A stretch of DNA of 64,000 nt from the NCBI GenBank assembly GCA_043228905.1, contig JBHGNT010000012.1, positions 6,262,001 through 6,326,000 on the forward strand, read 5' to 3'. Of this stretch, positions 45,822 through 58,200 are shown piece by piece. The notes below the pieces were generated by a model. The model was not told the origin of the DNA. It was given only the letters and a program-made list of their open reading frames with translations, and did no database searches. Both the position numbers and the translations under genes were made by a program. Position 1 is the first letter of the stretch. Each line of letters starts with the position of its first letter. The stretch is from Azolla caroliniana (taxonomy: Eukaryota > Plantae > Polypodiophyta).

Positions 45822-48024
45822 CTAAAAATCCGAGGATTCGCCTCCGAGACTATCTCGATTCCTTTCATGATTGGCTCGCACTGTTAGGAATTGGACCGAT
45901 CTTTGGTTGTCAAGACTCTTTATTCGTGCGAAGGCTGCTCCATTATCGAACACTTTGGTCTCCATCCGAGATGATGTGATATTAGGTTGCCCTAGGATGA
46001 CAGGATGCGACGCTGATTCTTGTACGAAGAAGTGTTGATCCATCTCCACATCCCCGATCGTGACTTTGACATTGGGACAAGCTCCGTACAAGTCCTCCGT
46101 AGACTTTGTTGCCGCGCGAATCTTCCATCCGTGGTTTGTATTGATTGGCCATCTTCCCTTTTTGTAGAAGTCGGTTGACATGAGGTTGATCTCCGAGCCG
46201 TGGTCGATCAAGGCTACCACGGTCTCTTTCTTCTCCTCGATCTTCACCGGCGTCTCCGTTGTCGCTCGTGCCCAATGAGGTCGACTGTAGTGGTTGTCCA
46301 CCATATCTTCATCGATTTCATCTCTTGCCATCGTTATGGCATTCGTTTTTGCTTTTTGCGGCTTCTCTTCTTCCTCGTCCGATTGTTGTCTCTTTCTCTT
46401 TACAAGGTCCACGATCGTGTCATGGAACTCCTTCTTCGTAATGCCAAGCAATTCCCTCAAGGACAAAGTTACGTGGCTATCAAGAACTCGTTCTTCGAGA
46501 ATCTTCTTTAGGTCCGTCGTCTGCTCTATGTCCGACCTTAGCTTATAGGTAGGTATAGTCCTTGTCCTCCGAGTGAGGTCTTCGACACCAACCTTCACGG
46601 GCCGAACCGTTTCTTCAACTCGTATGCTCGGCTCCCCTTTTCGGCTTGATTCTCGTTCCTCCGTTTGTAAAGGTCGACTCGTCTCCACATCGTCCTTCTT
46701 TTTCGCGTTCCTTGTTTCATGTCTTTTTGATGGGCCTTGCTCTTCTATTCTCTTTCTCTTTTCTTCGACGAACACCTCGTGGTTGTCGCACATCACCTCT
46801 GCGAGTATGGTGTTGTCATCCACCGGATCCGACCACCCGGTTATGCATTGCACGTTTCGGTCCGCAAGCTCTACCTCGTTCGATGTGACTTTTCCCTTCT
46901 TCTCATATTTGAGAACAGAAGTCCAAAACTTTGCTCCCGCTCTAGCAGCTTCAGTCTTGTCTTTCCCGACTCTTATTCCGGCCGACGCAGCATAGTGCAT
47001 CGCATCCACATGAGTCGCATCGGCATCCTCCATAGATCTCTTCATTCCTCCTCTTCCGAAATTCACCCGTAGGGGTCTTCTAGTCTCGCTTGAGCAGATC
47101 ATGTTGTCCTCTATGTATACGATATTTTGTCGAATCGCCTCTCGAAGGCTCGTACAATCCCTTCTCATGTGGTCCATGCTATCGCACCACACGCATCTAA
47201 AGGGTTCTTTTCCTTTAGGGCCCCGACGATTCATGTTGGCTAGCGTGACCTTCTCGAACTTCTTCGCTAGCTCTTCAATGATGTCGTCATCAATCTTCTT
47301 TTCTTCCATGTTACTTTGTCTGCGGCTCAGCTACTTTCGGCGTTCTTGCTTTCTCCGTGGTAGTCGGTCCCATCAAGTCGGTGTCATCAACCCATTGGCG
47401 ACGCTTGTCAAGCCTATTGCATGCCCGCTTCACCGCGATCCAATCCGCTACGAGCCCATTTGCTTGGGTATCATCTTCGAGAAGAGTCCCCAACTCCCAT
47501 CTATCCTTTATGTCCACGGCCTTCAAGAAGTACAAAGTCTTGTCCTCTTCAAGCAATACTTGGTCCGTATTGGGGAGACGACTAAACATCTGGTCGAATT
47601 CGTCGTACACCCTCGAGACGCTCATCTTCTTATTCTTCTTCTCTATCCACTTCATAAGGGCATGTCGAGTCATCCTCGTTGAGTCTTCAGTCACGAACTC
47701 CGCTAGTATCGTTTTCTCGAACTCGGACCATGTTGTCTTTCCTTCTTGAAGCTCGATGACGCGTCTTTGGATGTTGTTGGCGACAACTCTCTTGAAGCTT
47801 GCGATTTGACGTGCCTCGGACACGTCCCTTTGATTCATCTCCCTCTTATATGCATCAAGGAACTTCGTAACGTTCCTTCCATCGAATTGGCCCTCGAGCT
47901 CTACGACACGATCAACAGCCTTCTCCACGCTCGCGTCGTTGTCCCAAGATCTCATCATTTGCTTGACGATTAGCATCATCCTTTCGAGCTCTCCCGCTTG
48001 GTTGCTTGAGGACGCCATCTCCAA
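45822..48024 (-). pseudogene. gag: Element F gag-protease with one frameshift at about 47310
   Basis: CVWCDSMDHMRRDC knuckle and ALIDHGSEINLM protease. It ends GGESSDF* like E. Confidence 0.85.
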
Positions 48025-48485
48025 GTATTAATCTCGACTTGATCCTTCCTACCGCCTCGTTCACGTCGGGTTCACCACTTAATTATGTCGTGAAGATCCG
48101 TCACTACGTGCGGATCGTGAGGCGGAACCGCCGGGGTTCTGGACCAGAAGGATTTAGAGTTGATAAAAGCTTTGGCGAGAAAGTACTTAAGATAGATTGG
48201 GAAAGAGAGAAGTTGAGATTACACGATTGATTTGAAAACGAATTTCTTCCTCTTAATTTTCATAAAAAAAACCGTGTTTTTCTCCTCCCCCTTCCCTCTT
48301 TTATAGATGCTCTCATGCATATGATGCATGTGAGGGTACAAGACATGCATAAATTGCATGTTTGCCATTTGGCGCTTAAGTATTACATGTGGTGCATGCT
48401 AACCATGTCACTCATTTTAGCACTCATGGATGAGAATTTACATGTAAAAGTACAATGATAGAAATATAATTTCAACTAAATACTA

Positions 48486-48545
48486 TGGCTTAATGGTAAG
48501 CCATTTGACTCTTAACTTGGAGGTGCAAGGTTCGAATCCATACTT
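48486..48545 (+). promoter_or_regulatory. tRNA-derived Pol III A/B-box module inside the F LTRs
   Basis: A box TGGCTTAATGG (48486-48496) within a TGGCTT/AAGCCA stem, a CTCTTAA loop and B box GGTTCGAATCC (48529-48539). A second copy at 42891-42944 has a C>T change in the B box. Confidence 0.55.
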
Positions 48546-51062
48546 GCCCTCCTTGTATATGTAAATATGTATATATTTTTATATATTTATTTTATCTAGT
48601 CGTCGGTTCGCCGGATACCGTCGCCGGATACCGGTGCCGACGCCGGATGCCGCCGTCGGATGCCGTCGGATCACCGGCTCCATCGCCGGTCCGGTTTTGG
48701 TTGGCCAAAACCCTTTTCGAGTAGCTAGCCACCTCCACTCTAAGTTCAAGTTACCTTGAACTCTCTATGCTCCACACATAGACACAAAGATAATATCTTT
48801 TGCTCCACCTTATATATGATGAGAGCCGTATTTGTCGTGCCTATGTGGGATATCTCACAATTTTCTCTTTTCTTTTCACAAACTTTATACCCTCATATCT
48901 TGACATTTAGTTGTCCATTTCTCGTGTAATAAAGTGCATTCGAAACCTCCATCATTTTGTACTTAGATATTAAAAATGTTATCTTCACAATTATTGTATT
49001 ACATGATTCATACTCGATTTTGTACGTTTTATGGGATTTTCACACTATTGCCAAAAATCTTCACGACACCGTGAATGGAAGTGGGAAGGCGTCAGTTACC
49101 ATAGCCGCATTCAATTTCCGGTAGTCGACGCAAACTCTTATCTTACCGTTATTTTTCGGTACTACAACTATCGGACTGAGCCATGTGGCTTGCTTTACCG
49201 GTCGGATGAAGCCAACCCTTAGCAACTTGTCGATTTCTTCTTTGACTTTTGTTGCGTAATTCGGGTTCATCCGATAACGCCGTTGCGCTACCAGTTTGGC
49301 GTCTTTACTCAGATGTATCTGGTGTTGATACAACTGAGGATCGAGTCCCCACATGTCCTCATAGGACCAGGAGAACACATCGCGAAATTCTTTTAGGAGT
49401 GTGATCATTGCCGTTTTGTTCTCCGGGGTCATTTCCTTGGCGATTTGAACCAGTCTTGCGTCCTCTGTGGTACCTAGGTTTACCTCTTCTAGTTGGGATG
49501 CTTTTACACGCTGTGACACTGCCATTTCTCTTTCTAGTGCCTCCTATGCTTGCCGTAACTCCCGGATCGCTTCTTTATCCGGTTCCTCGTCGGTCCCGTC
49601 CGGTTGCAGTATGTACGGTGATACTGCTTCCGCTACATCAATTTCGAACAGCGGTACAATCTTCAGATTTTCCTGTAAGTATTGATCGACCTCTTCATCT
49701 GCCAATCCTTCCAGCATGTTGACACATTCCGCATATAGCGGCGTCAATTCATTGTCGGTACACGACCGTGGTTGAGTCGGTACTCGCACTTTCGATTTTC
49801 CACGCCGGAACGTAATTATATTCTTCCTCCAGTTTTGCTTGATGTGTGTTGTTTTTAACCAAGGGCGTCCCAACAATAGTGGGTAAGCTCCCTGAGCCTG
49901 TAGCTGGAGAACTACTGCCGAAATGCGAAATGTGTGACCCCCGATGGTCACTTCCAGATCACGTATTAATCCGGTCGGCCATACTGAGCTTGTGTCCGCC
50001 ATCCGAAGCCAAAACGGGCATGGTTCCACGTCATGGATTCCTCTAAGAGTGTTACACGTTCGGAGGCTGATCACATTCACGTCGGATCCTCCATCAATAA
50101 TCGTGCCGGGTAGCTCTTTTCCTTTCACGATGGCTGTGATTGCCGGACTGCTCGTGTCTACTACCGCCAGTCCTTCCTCCAAATTTGAAAAGAAAGCCGG
50201 AGTCGGTGGTGTGTCGGCTACCGTCCTTCCTGTCTTCAGTCCTTCCGTGAAGCGTGGTACCAGTTGCAATAGCCGGCCTAACAACAGCGTTATTTGGCAT
50301 TCTTGTAACGCCTGCCATGTTGGGTTTTCGGGCTGCCCTATGTCGGTGAGCTCTTCAGCATTCTCCTTTTGTTGTTCGAGCTCTACCACATTCCACTCGT
50401 TTTCCTTCTTCACCCATTCAGTTGCCTACTTCCAGATGGCTTCTTGAGTTTCCCGCTCCATGGCTTTGCCTTTTGATCTTGTAGTGACTTGTTGTAAGTC
50501 TGTGACTTCTGGGTCTACCATGTTCACCGTTGGTCGCTTGTCGTAGCTCTTCGCCGGACATTGGTTACTATAGTGGCCTTCCTACCGGCAATAATAGCAG
50601 TATGCCTTCCGGGTGTTGCTAGATTTGGCGTTTGTGCCCCCACCCAGTTGAGGTCCTGTGGTAAGTGCTTGGTTTTGGTCCAGTTAGCTGCTTGGAGCGC
50701 CCTTTTCTTGTTCCCGTGAATGACCCCCCTTTTTGTTGAAATGACGTTTCTTTCTGAAATTCTTTTTGTTTCGGTAACCTTGACGGGGCTGGTCGTCATA
50801 CTTGCCATAGTCTTCCCGTCGTTGGTTGTAACCAGGGGAGTGATCCTGGTTGTATCTCTCGTACCGTCCATTATAGTCCCAGTATCTATCATGTCTGTCA
50901 TACCAGTCATAAGTGTCTCTTCGATCCCTATACCGGACATCTTGTGCCGGCCGGTAGCGCTCCTCTCGCTGCCGGCGTTCTTCTTCTTCCTCCCGGTTGC
51001 TTCATGGTTCAATTTGCTGGACCGGTGGTGCTTGCCGATTTAACAAGTTATACTCACACCGT

Positions 51063-51795
51063 TGTCGCGAAGTTTCGCGCGTGCATGTAGAAGGGCGGGA
51101 CCACGGGGGTCTTGGACTAGGGAGTGACGGAGGGTAGGAAGTGATTCACCATTTCCGGGACGCCGGAAACAACCCAAAAGGAGGGAGAGAAGAACACGTG
51201 CACACCCCTGGTCGACACATGCACACACACAGTGCCGACTCCACTCACGCTTATGTACAATAACAGAAGTAAGGAAACACTAAAACACCCATGCAGACAC
51301 CAAAAACGCAGAATCTTCCATAGGTATATTTACAAGAAGCAAGATACAATGGTCGTCTACTGCCAAGCCGCCAGTCGGGGAGCTCACGGGCTCATCGCGC
51401 CGAGCGGGGTCTTGCACAACAGATAGGGAAGATACCGAACCTACAGATATCAAGCTAGACTCATAGAGTGACGAAGAAGAAGCAGAGGAGAAGAAGAAGA
51501 AGAAACCCTAAAACAAGAGAGAGAGAGAGGAAGAGAGAACGTCTCTCCATCTAACGGTATACCCTACTAATACAAAATGGGCAACCCCTTCGTAAAGGGG
51601 CGATCCCTTCCTTTTATAGAACAAGGAGAGGGATGCATTACAATGTGGGATAACCCCCGACTTTACTACTGTTCAGCGCCATAAAGGTGCCCTCGTTATT
51701 CACACTAAATGTACAAGGGTGACTACACCTACTGCACCCCGTCGATGTAGCCAACATTTCCCGATTTCTGCCTCTGGCCGAAATTCTTCACGACA
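51063..51795 (-). mobile_element. Element G: 3' LTR plus PPT stub of a D-like element, remainder deleted together with part of C gag
   Basis: TGTCGCG...CACGACA, homologous to the D LTRs. It is followed by TCCACC (PPT complement). The left flank is CCGT and there is no right TSD. Confidence 0.8.
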
Positions 51796-52258
51796 TCCAC
51801 CTCTGGCCAAAATTCGGATTCGCTTGTAGAAGGGATTTTGCTTCCCGAAGGCTGCTTAGGCTGCTTCCTTCGTCCGGGTAGTCGTTTTGTTGTAAACGAA
51901 GTGACTCCTTCGCCACTCTCCAGATCTCCTTGGAAAATGAGCGATCCGTTCTGATTTCTTTTGCCGCTTGCTGGAAAGCCTCTCGCTTCCTCAGCTGTTT
52001 AGCAAGTCTCCTTGCTCACTCCGTAACCGGGTCGTTCGTTGGTCTAGTCATCCATTCCCGTCGTTGTTCGCTGCGATTGTGAAGGAATCGTGGTCGCCAA
52101 AAACTGTGTTATTCCTTAGGGCCGGACAATGGCCTAACACAGGGTGTCTACAGAAGACACTTCACCAAAGGGGTGCTACGGCGAGATAACTTAAGACTCA
52201 ATGATTAATCAGACTTTAATTGGTTACTTAGCAATATGGCATTAAACTTGATACACGT

Positions 52259-55200
52259 TGTCACGTTGTTACGCGCGTGCATGTAGAAGGGCGGGACCAC
52301 GGGGGTCTCGGACGAGGGAAGAAGGAAAGCAAAGAAGACGATTCCAGATGCGTTCCGGAAGCAACCGAACGAGAGAGAGAAAGAGAAAGAACGTGCGCTT
52401 GACACCGACTCTCACACATGCACCACGCCGACCCAGCTCGCGCCCTTATGTACAGAAACGGAGGTAAGAGAACACCAAAACACCCACACAGACACCGATA
52501 CGCAAAACCCTCCACACATATATTACAAGAATAAGATACAATACTGGCATCAAGCCCGACCTAAGCAGCTCAGGTTGCAATAGTCGTCTACTGCCAAGCC
52601 GTCGGTCAGGGAGCTCTCAAGCTCGTCGCGCCGAGCGGGGTCTTGCACAGAGGACGGGCAGACAATGGAAACGCTAGATGCCAAGGCTCGACACACAGAA
52701 TGACGAAGAGGAAGAAGCAGAGGAAAAAAAAAAGAAACCCTAAAACCAGGGGAAAAGAAAGAGAAAGAGAGAACGTTTCTTCCTCTAACGGTATACCCTA
52801 CTACCAAAATGGGCAACCCCTTCACCAAGGGCGCTCCCTCCCTTTTATAGAACAAGGAGAGGGATGCGTAGCATCGTAGGATAAATCCCTTATTACATGG
52901 GATTCTTGTCCCGACTTGATTACTCTTCGGTGCCAGGCGCCCTCGTTATTCACACTAAATGTACAAGGGTGAGCGCACATGCTGCACCCCGCAGATGTAG
53001 CCAATATTTCCCGGTTTCCGCCTTTGGCCGAAATTCTTCACGACATCCGCCCCCAACAAACCGCACGTCCACCGGTATGTGCCAAATCCAGTGAAGGGTG
53101 AGAGATTTCGGCCGGTGAGAAACCGGTCTTCCGTAATCCGCATCCCGGCCCCGCTGTCAGTTTGAATCGTCGGCTTCGGTTCTTCCTTCGCGCTCACCTC
53201 CCCGTAGGCTCGTTCGACCCGTCGATGGGTCCTTCGCCGCGATCTTCGTAGTACGCGTACTTCCACTAGCCCTTGTTCGGCCATATGCACGCTCTGCTCT
53301 CCGCCGTATGCCCGATGTCCTCCACTTGAGGAACGCCCATAGTGGCCCGCCTGGCCTCCGTCGACCATTCGCGTGGTCCTGATTGTCGTCCCGCGTTGTT
53401 TCCCACTGCCTTCATCCCCTCGCCGCCACCTTCCTTCTCCTTGGACTTACGTCGCCACGTTGGCTCGGACCGCCAAGGTCTTCGGAACGGTGTGGAGGAT
53501 CCTTCTCCGGTCTTCTACACGCGACCTCCGAACCATGCAACCCATTCTTCGCCCTCGCCTTTCTGCTTCGACACCTCCGTGTGCCGCGTTCCGCTTCCTT
53601 TGTTCGGCACCGCCCGTGCCGAACACCGTCCCATAGTCACACTTCGATCCGGCCCGCGATGGCCACTTGCGAAACTCTTGTTTTGTCCCAGGTGTGCCTT
53701 TTCGGCCCGACACACCTCCCCGTGTTTGCCCCTACCGACTCCTTCCGAAACCGTAACCGGCCGGTAAGGGTTTCACACTTCGTCCGCCCCCATCTTACCG
53801 ACTCCCGATCCGCTATCTCGTGTCGCCGGGTCTCGTTCCCTGCCGCCACCGTCCTTCTCCCTAGGTCTCACGTTGCCACGTTGGCCGGCCGCCGGAGTCT
53901 TCGGATCGGTGTGAGGGTCCCATAGGACTGGACTCCGTTTCTCTGCTTGCCGAAATTCAGGTGTCTTTTGTCGGAGTCCTTCGCGACTCTCCTCGTGTCT
54001 TCCGCGTAGCCAGGTCCCGTTTCCCGCCGCCACCAGCCTTCTCTCAAGGTCTCACGTTGCCACGCTGACCGAATTGCCGGAGTCTCCGGTCTGGTGTGGG
54101 GATCCCGTAGGACCGGACTTCCTTATGCCCGTCTGTCGCTTCCTGTCGTCCGATCACGTTCTCCTGCCGCCACCGTCCATCTCCCTAGGTCTCACGCCGA
54201 CTCTCGCTAGCCGGCCGCCAGAGTCTCCGGATCGGTGTGAGTGTCTTCGTGGGACTTCCTCTTTCGCCGTTTTCCGCCCTTGTCCCCTAGCCGCCACCGT
54301 CAGTATCTTGGTCTTACGTCGACCGCGTTGCCGACTGCCGAAGTCTCTAGATCCAGTGTGAAGGATCCTCCTTGGGCCTTCGATTTGTCTTCCCGACCCT
54401 GTCCCGGGTCGTCCTTCTCCGCATACCAAGAGGGCGGTTTGCTCCACACCCTCTCCCATGGTACCGACGTACCGATTTCCTTCCTTCCAGATTGGTTATC
54501 CGAAAACACATCCTCCCTGTTATCGTCCAGGTCTGTTCGCATTGGCCGTTCCCGTTTCCCGCCGCCACCGTCCTTCTCTCTAGGTCTCACGTTGCCACAT
54601 TGGCCGAACTACCGGAGTTTCTGGATCGGTGTGGGGACCCCGTAGGATTGGTTGCTTTCATCCTCACTCACCTGTGCTTCTTTTGAACTCTTCGCCCTCC
54701 TTCTCGCGTACCCGCCTCCATCTCCCATCTCTCCAGGTCTCACGTCGGCGCTCGTTGCCGGTTGCTTGAGTCTCCGAGTAAGACGTGGTGTTTCCGTCCT
54801 GTAATGATTTGCGGACGCTCGTTCGGGGTACCACTCCCCAAGCACGTTCGGTGAGAAGCATCTGGACTTCGATCGATCAAGTGCCGCCTGCACTTGATTC
54901 TCCCATGTCCGGAGTTTCGGGCAGCGGTGTCCGAAACCTGCCGGTCTCTCTCCGCAACCTCGATCGCTAGCTTCCCGATTTGCGGCCTTCGCCTGGCCAG
55001 CTTGTGTCCTCATGTAAAAGAGGGTGATTTGTTTCGAACCCTCTTCCACGCCGGCACTATTGTACCGAACCGAGCCCTACCGATCGGGCTCTATAGCCCG
55101 TCCCTGGTCTCTCGCGCCTTGGGCCGGTTTCGGTCAAGTCATCCACATCCGGATCACACTCCATCCGAATCGGAATGCCGATCTTTCCGTGCCGCCTCCG

Positions 55201-58200
55201 TCCTTGGCCTTCGCGCAGGCTATTTCCCATCCCTCTTCGCTGGCATCATGCCAGGACTCCTCGTCAGCGCCTTCCTTCTCTCCGGTCTCATGTCGGCACA
55301 CAGGCTCGACCACCGGAGTCTCAGGAATCCACGTGGGGGATTTTCTCCACTCCCGACCTTGTCCTCAGTCGGCAATTCTCCGCAAGTCGAGAGGGCATTA
55401 TGTTCTGACAGGAATACACACTCCCTAAGCACAACGCTCGGCCACAACCGAGTCTAGGATCAAACACAAAAAATGGATAATGAACGCACAACACAGTAAA
55501 GAGAAGAGTACACAGGATGTTAATGTGGAAAACCCAAACTAGGGAAAAACCACGGCAGCCCACAGACTGCAAACTATCACTATATCACAATGTACAATAG
55601 TAAAGCACTGAGTCAACGACCTCTTCCTCTCTCTCTCTCTCTCTCTCTGTTACGCACACAAATCTTGCACACAAATCTTGCACCAACAAGAATAACAACT
55701 ACTATCTCACTAAGTTTGCCCTAAGTCATATTTATACTAATATGACTTTTTGGTTATTTACAAATATAGCCCCGATGGACTCTCAGAAAACATATTTACG
55801 AATATGTCCCTTCATCCGGTGAGCACTTCTCACCGGGTCTTCCGTTACCGGGTACTCGTCATTCGGTTTTCACCGGGTCTTCCTTAGCCGGGTACTCCAC
55901 ATCCAGTTTCGGGCTCGACCGAGTTTGCTCATTGACACTGTTCTTCTCACTTCCCATCCGGAGGGACCTGTTTCCTAACAAACTCCCCCTTCACTCCGAC
56001 ATGGGATGTCTTACTAGTCTGATCCGCTTCCGACATGCATCCAGCTTGTCGGGTATCAGTACTTTGGTCAGCATATCTGACCCGTTCTCGGCCGTGTGCA
56101 TCTTCGTCAGCGCGAACTCTCGATCTTCTACTCGCTCCCAGATCCAGTGATACCTATGCTGGATGTGCTTCGTCCTGGAATGGTACGATGCGTTCTTAGC
56201 AAGGTGGATGGCACTTTGACTGTCGCAATAGAGCCGGTATTCATCTTGCTGGATACCGAGCTCTCCGATGAAGTCCTTCATCCATAATATTTCCTTGCCG
56301 GCTTCCACAGCTGCCATGTACTCCGCCTCCGTGGTTGATAACGCAACCGTCTTCTGCAGCCTCGACTGCCACGAAACAGCTCCCCCTGCATATGTCATTA
56401 CATACCCGGATGTAGACCGGCTGGTATCCACATCAGCCGACATGTCCGAATCGGTAAAACTTTCAAGTTGAGGTTTACTAGAGCCGAATCGGAGACACAT
56501 ATTCGAAGTGCCCTTCAAGTACTGGAGTATCCATTTGACCGCGTTCCATTTGCTCATAAACCGGCTCATCACTCCAACTGCGTATCCTATATCCGATCGG
56601 GTGCACACCATTGCGTACATTAAGCTCCTGACGGCAGAGACATATGGAGCCTTCATCATATCAGCCTTCTCTGCTTTTTCGTCTTCGGGTTTTGCTTACC
56701 GAATAATCTGCAGTTTGCCGAGAGTGTCGATCCGACCGGTTTCGCTTCTAGCATGTTGAACCACTGAAGCACCTTTGTCACATATTTCTCCTGTGACAGC
56801 CACAATTGCTTCTTTGACCGGTCCCGGATGATGTGCATCCCCAACATCTGTCTTGCCGGACCCAAGTCTTTCATTGCGAAAGTTCGGTTGAGAGCCTTCT
56901 TCAACATCCGTATTCTGGCTTGGTCCCGTCCGACGATCAACATGTCGTCCACGTACAGAAGGAGTATCAGGAAGTCGCCTCCTTCGAACTTCTTCACAAA
57001 CACGCAGTGATCGGCCTGCATCTTGTGGTACCCTTGATCTGTCATGAAGGAGTCGAACTTCCGGTACCATTGTCGGGGAGCCTGCTTCAGTGCGTACAGC
57101 CTCTTCTTCAACCGGCAAACCAGGCGCTCCTTCCCTTTCTCCACGAATCCTTCCGGTTGATGCATGTAGATCTCCTCTTCGAGGTCACCGTGAAGGAATG
57201 TCGTCTTCACGTCCAGCTGCTCTACCTCGAGGTCCATGCTTGCTGCTATACTCAACACCGTCCGGATGGAGGTCATCTTTACTACTGGGGCAAATATCTC
57301 GTCGAAGTCCACGCCCTTCTACTACTGGAACCCCTTCACCACAATCCTGGCTTGTATCTCGGGGGGTTGCCGGCATCTCCCGGTTTCAACTTGCACACCC
57401 ACTTGTTTCGGAGTGCCCGCTTTCCTTTCGGCAACTCCACCAATTCGTACGTATGGTTCTCATGCAGGGAATCCATCTCATCTTGCATGGCACTTAACCA
57501 TTTGCGGCTGTGGGTGTCGTCCTTCGCTTCTTCGAAGCTTTCCGGCTCTCCCTCATCGGTCAGCAGCACATGCTCTGCATCCGGAAATCTCCGGGGGGCC
57601 CTTCTCTCTCTGAGAGGAATACAAACTCCCTAAGTACAACGCTCGGCCACAACCGAGTCTAGGATCAAACACAGAAAACGGATAATGAACGCACAACACA
57701 GTAAAGAGAAGAGTACACAGGATGTTAACGTGGAAAACCCAAACTAGGGAAAAACCATGGCAGCCCACAGACTACAAACTATCACTATATCACAATGTAC
57801 AACAGTAAAGCACCGAGGCAACGACCTCGAGCTTGCTATCTTTGCCATAGGGGGCGGTTACAACAGAGGCAACGACCTCTTCCTCTCTCTCTCTCTCTCT
57901 CTCTGTACACAGTTACGCACACAAATCTTGCACCAACAAGAATAACAACTACTATCTCACTAAGTTTGCCCTAAGTCATATTTATACTAATATGAATTTT
58001 CGGCTATTTACAAATATATACCCGATGGACTCTCAGAAAACATATTTACGAATATGTCCCTTCATCCGGTGAGCACTTCTCACCGGGTCTTCTGTTGCCG
58101 GGTACTCGTCATCCGGTTCTCACCAGGTCTTCCGTAGCCGGGTACTCCACATCCGGTTTCGGCCTCGGCCTTTGATCATCGACATTATTCTTCTCACTTC

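Larger units (their letters stand above)
42491..49068 (-). mobile_element. Element F: tRNA-Trp Gypsy with internal deletion of RT and most of RNase H
   Basis: LTRs 42491-43511 and 48086-49068, perfect 4-bp TSD CCGT, PBS 48060-48077, PPT-like GGTGGGGGTGGA 43512-43523. Gag 48024-47311, gag-PR 47309-45822 and IN 44669-43584 are homologous to E. Confidence 0.93.
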
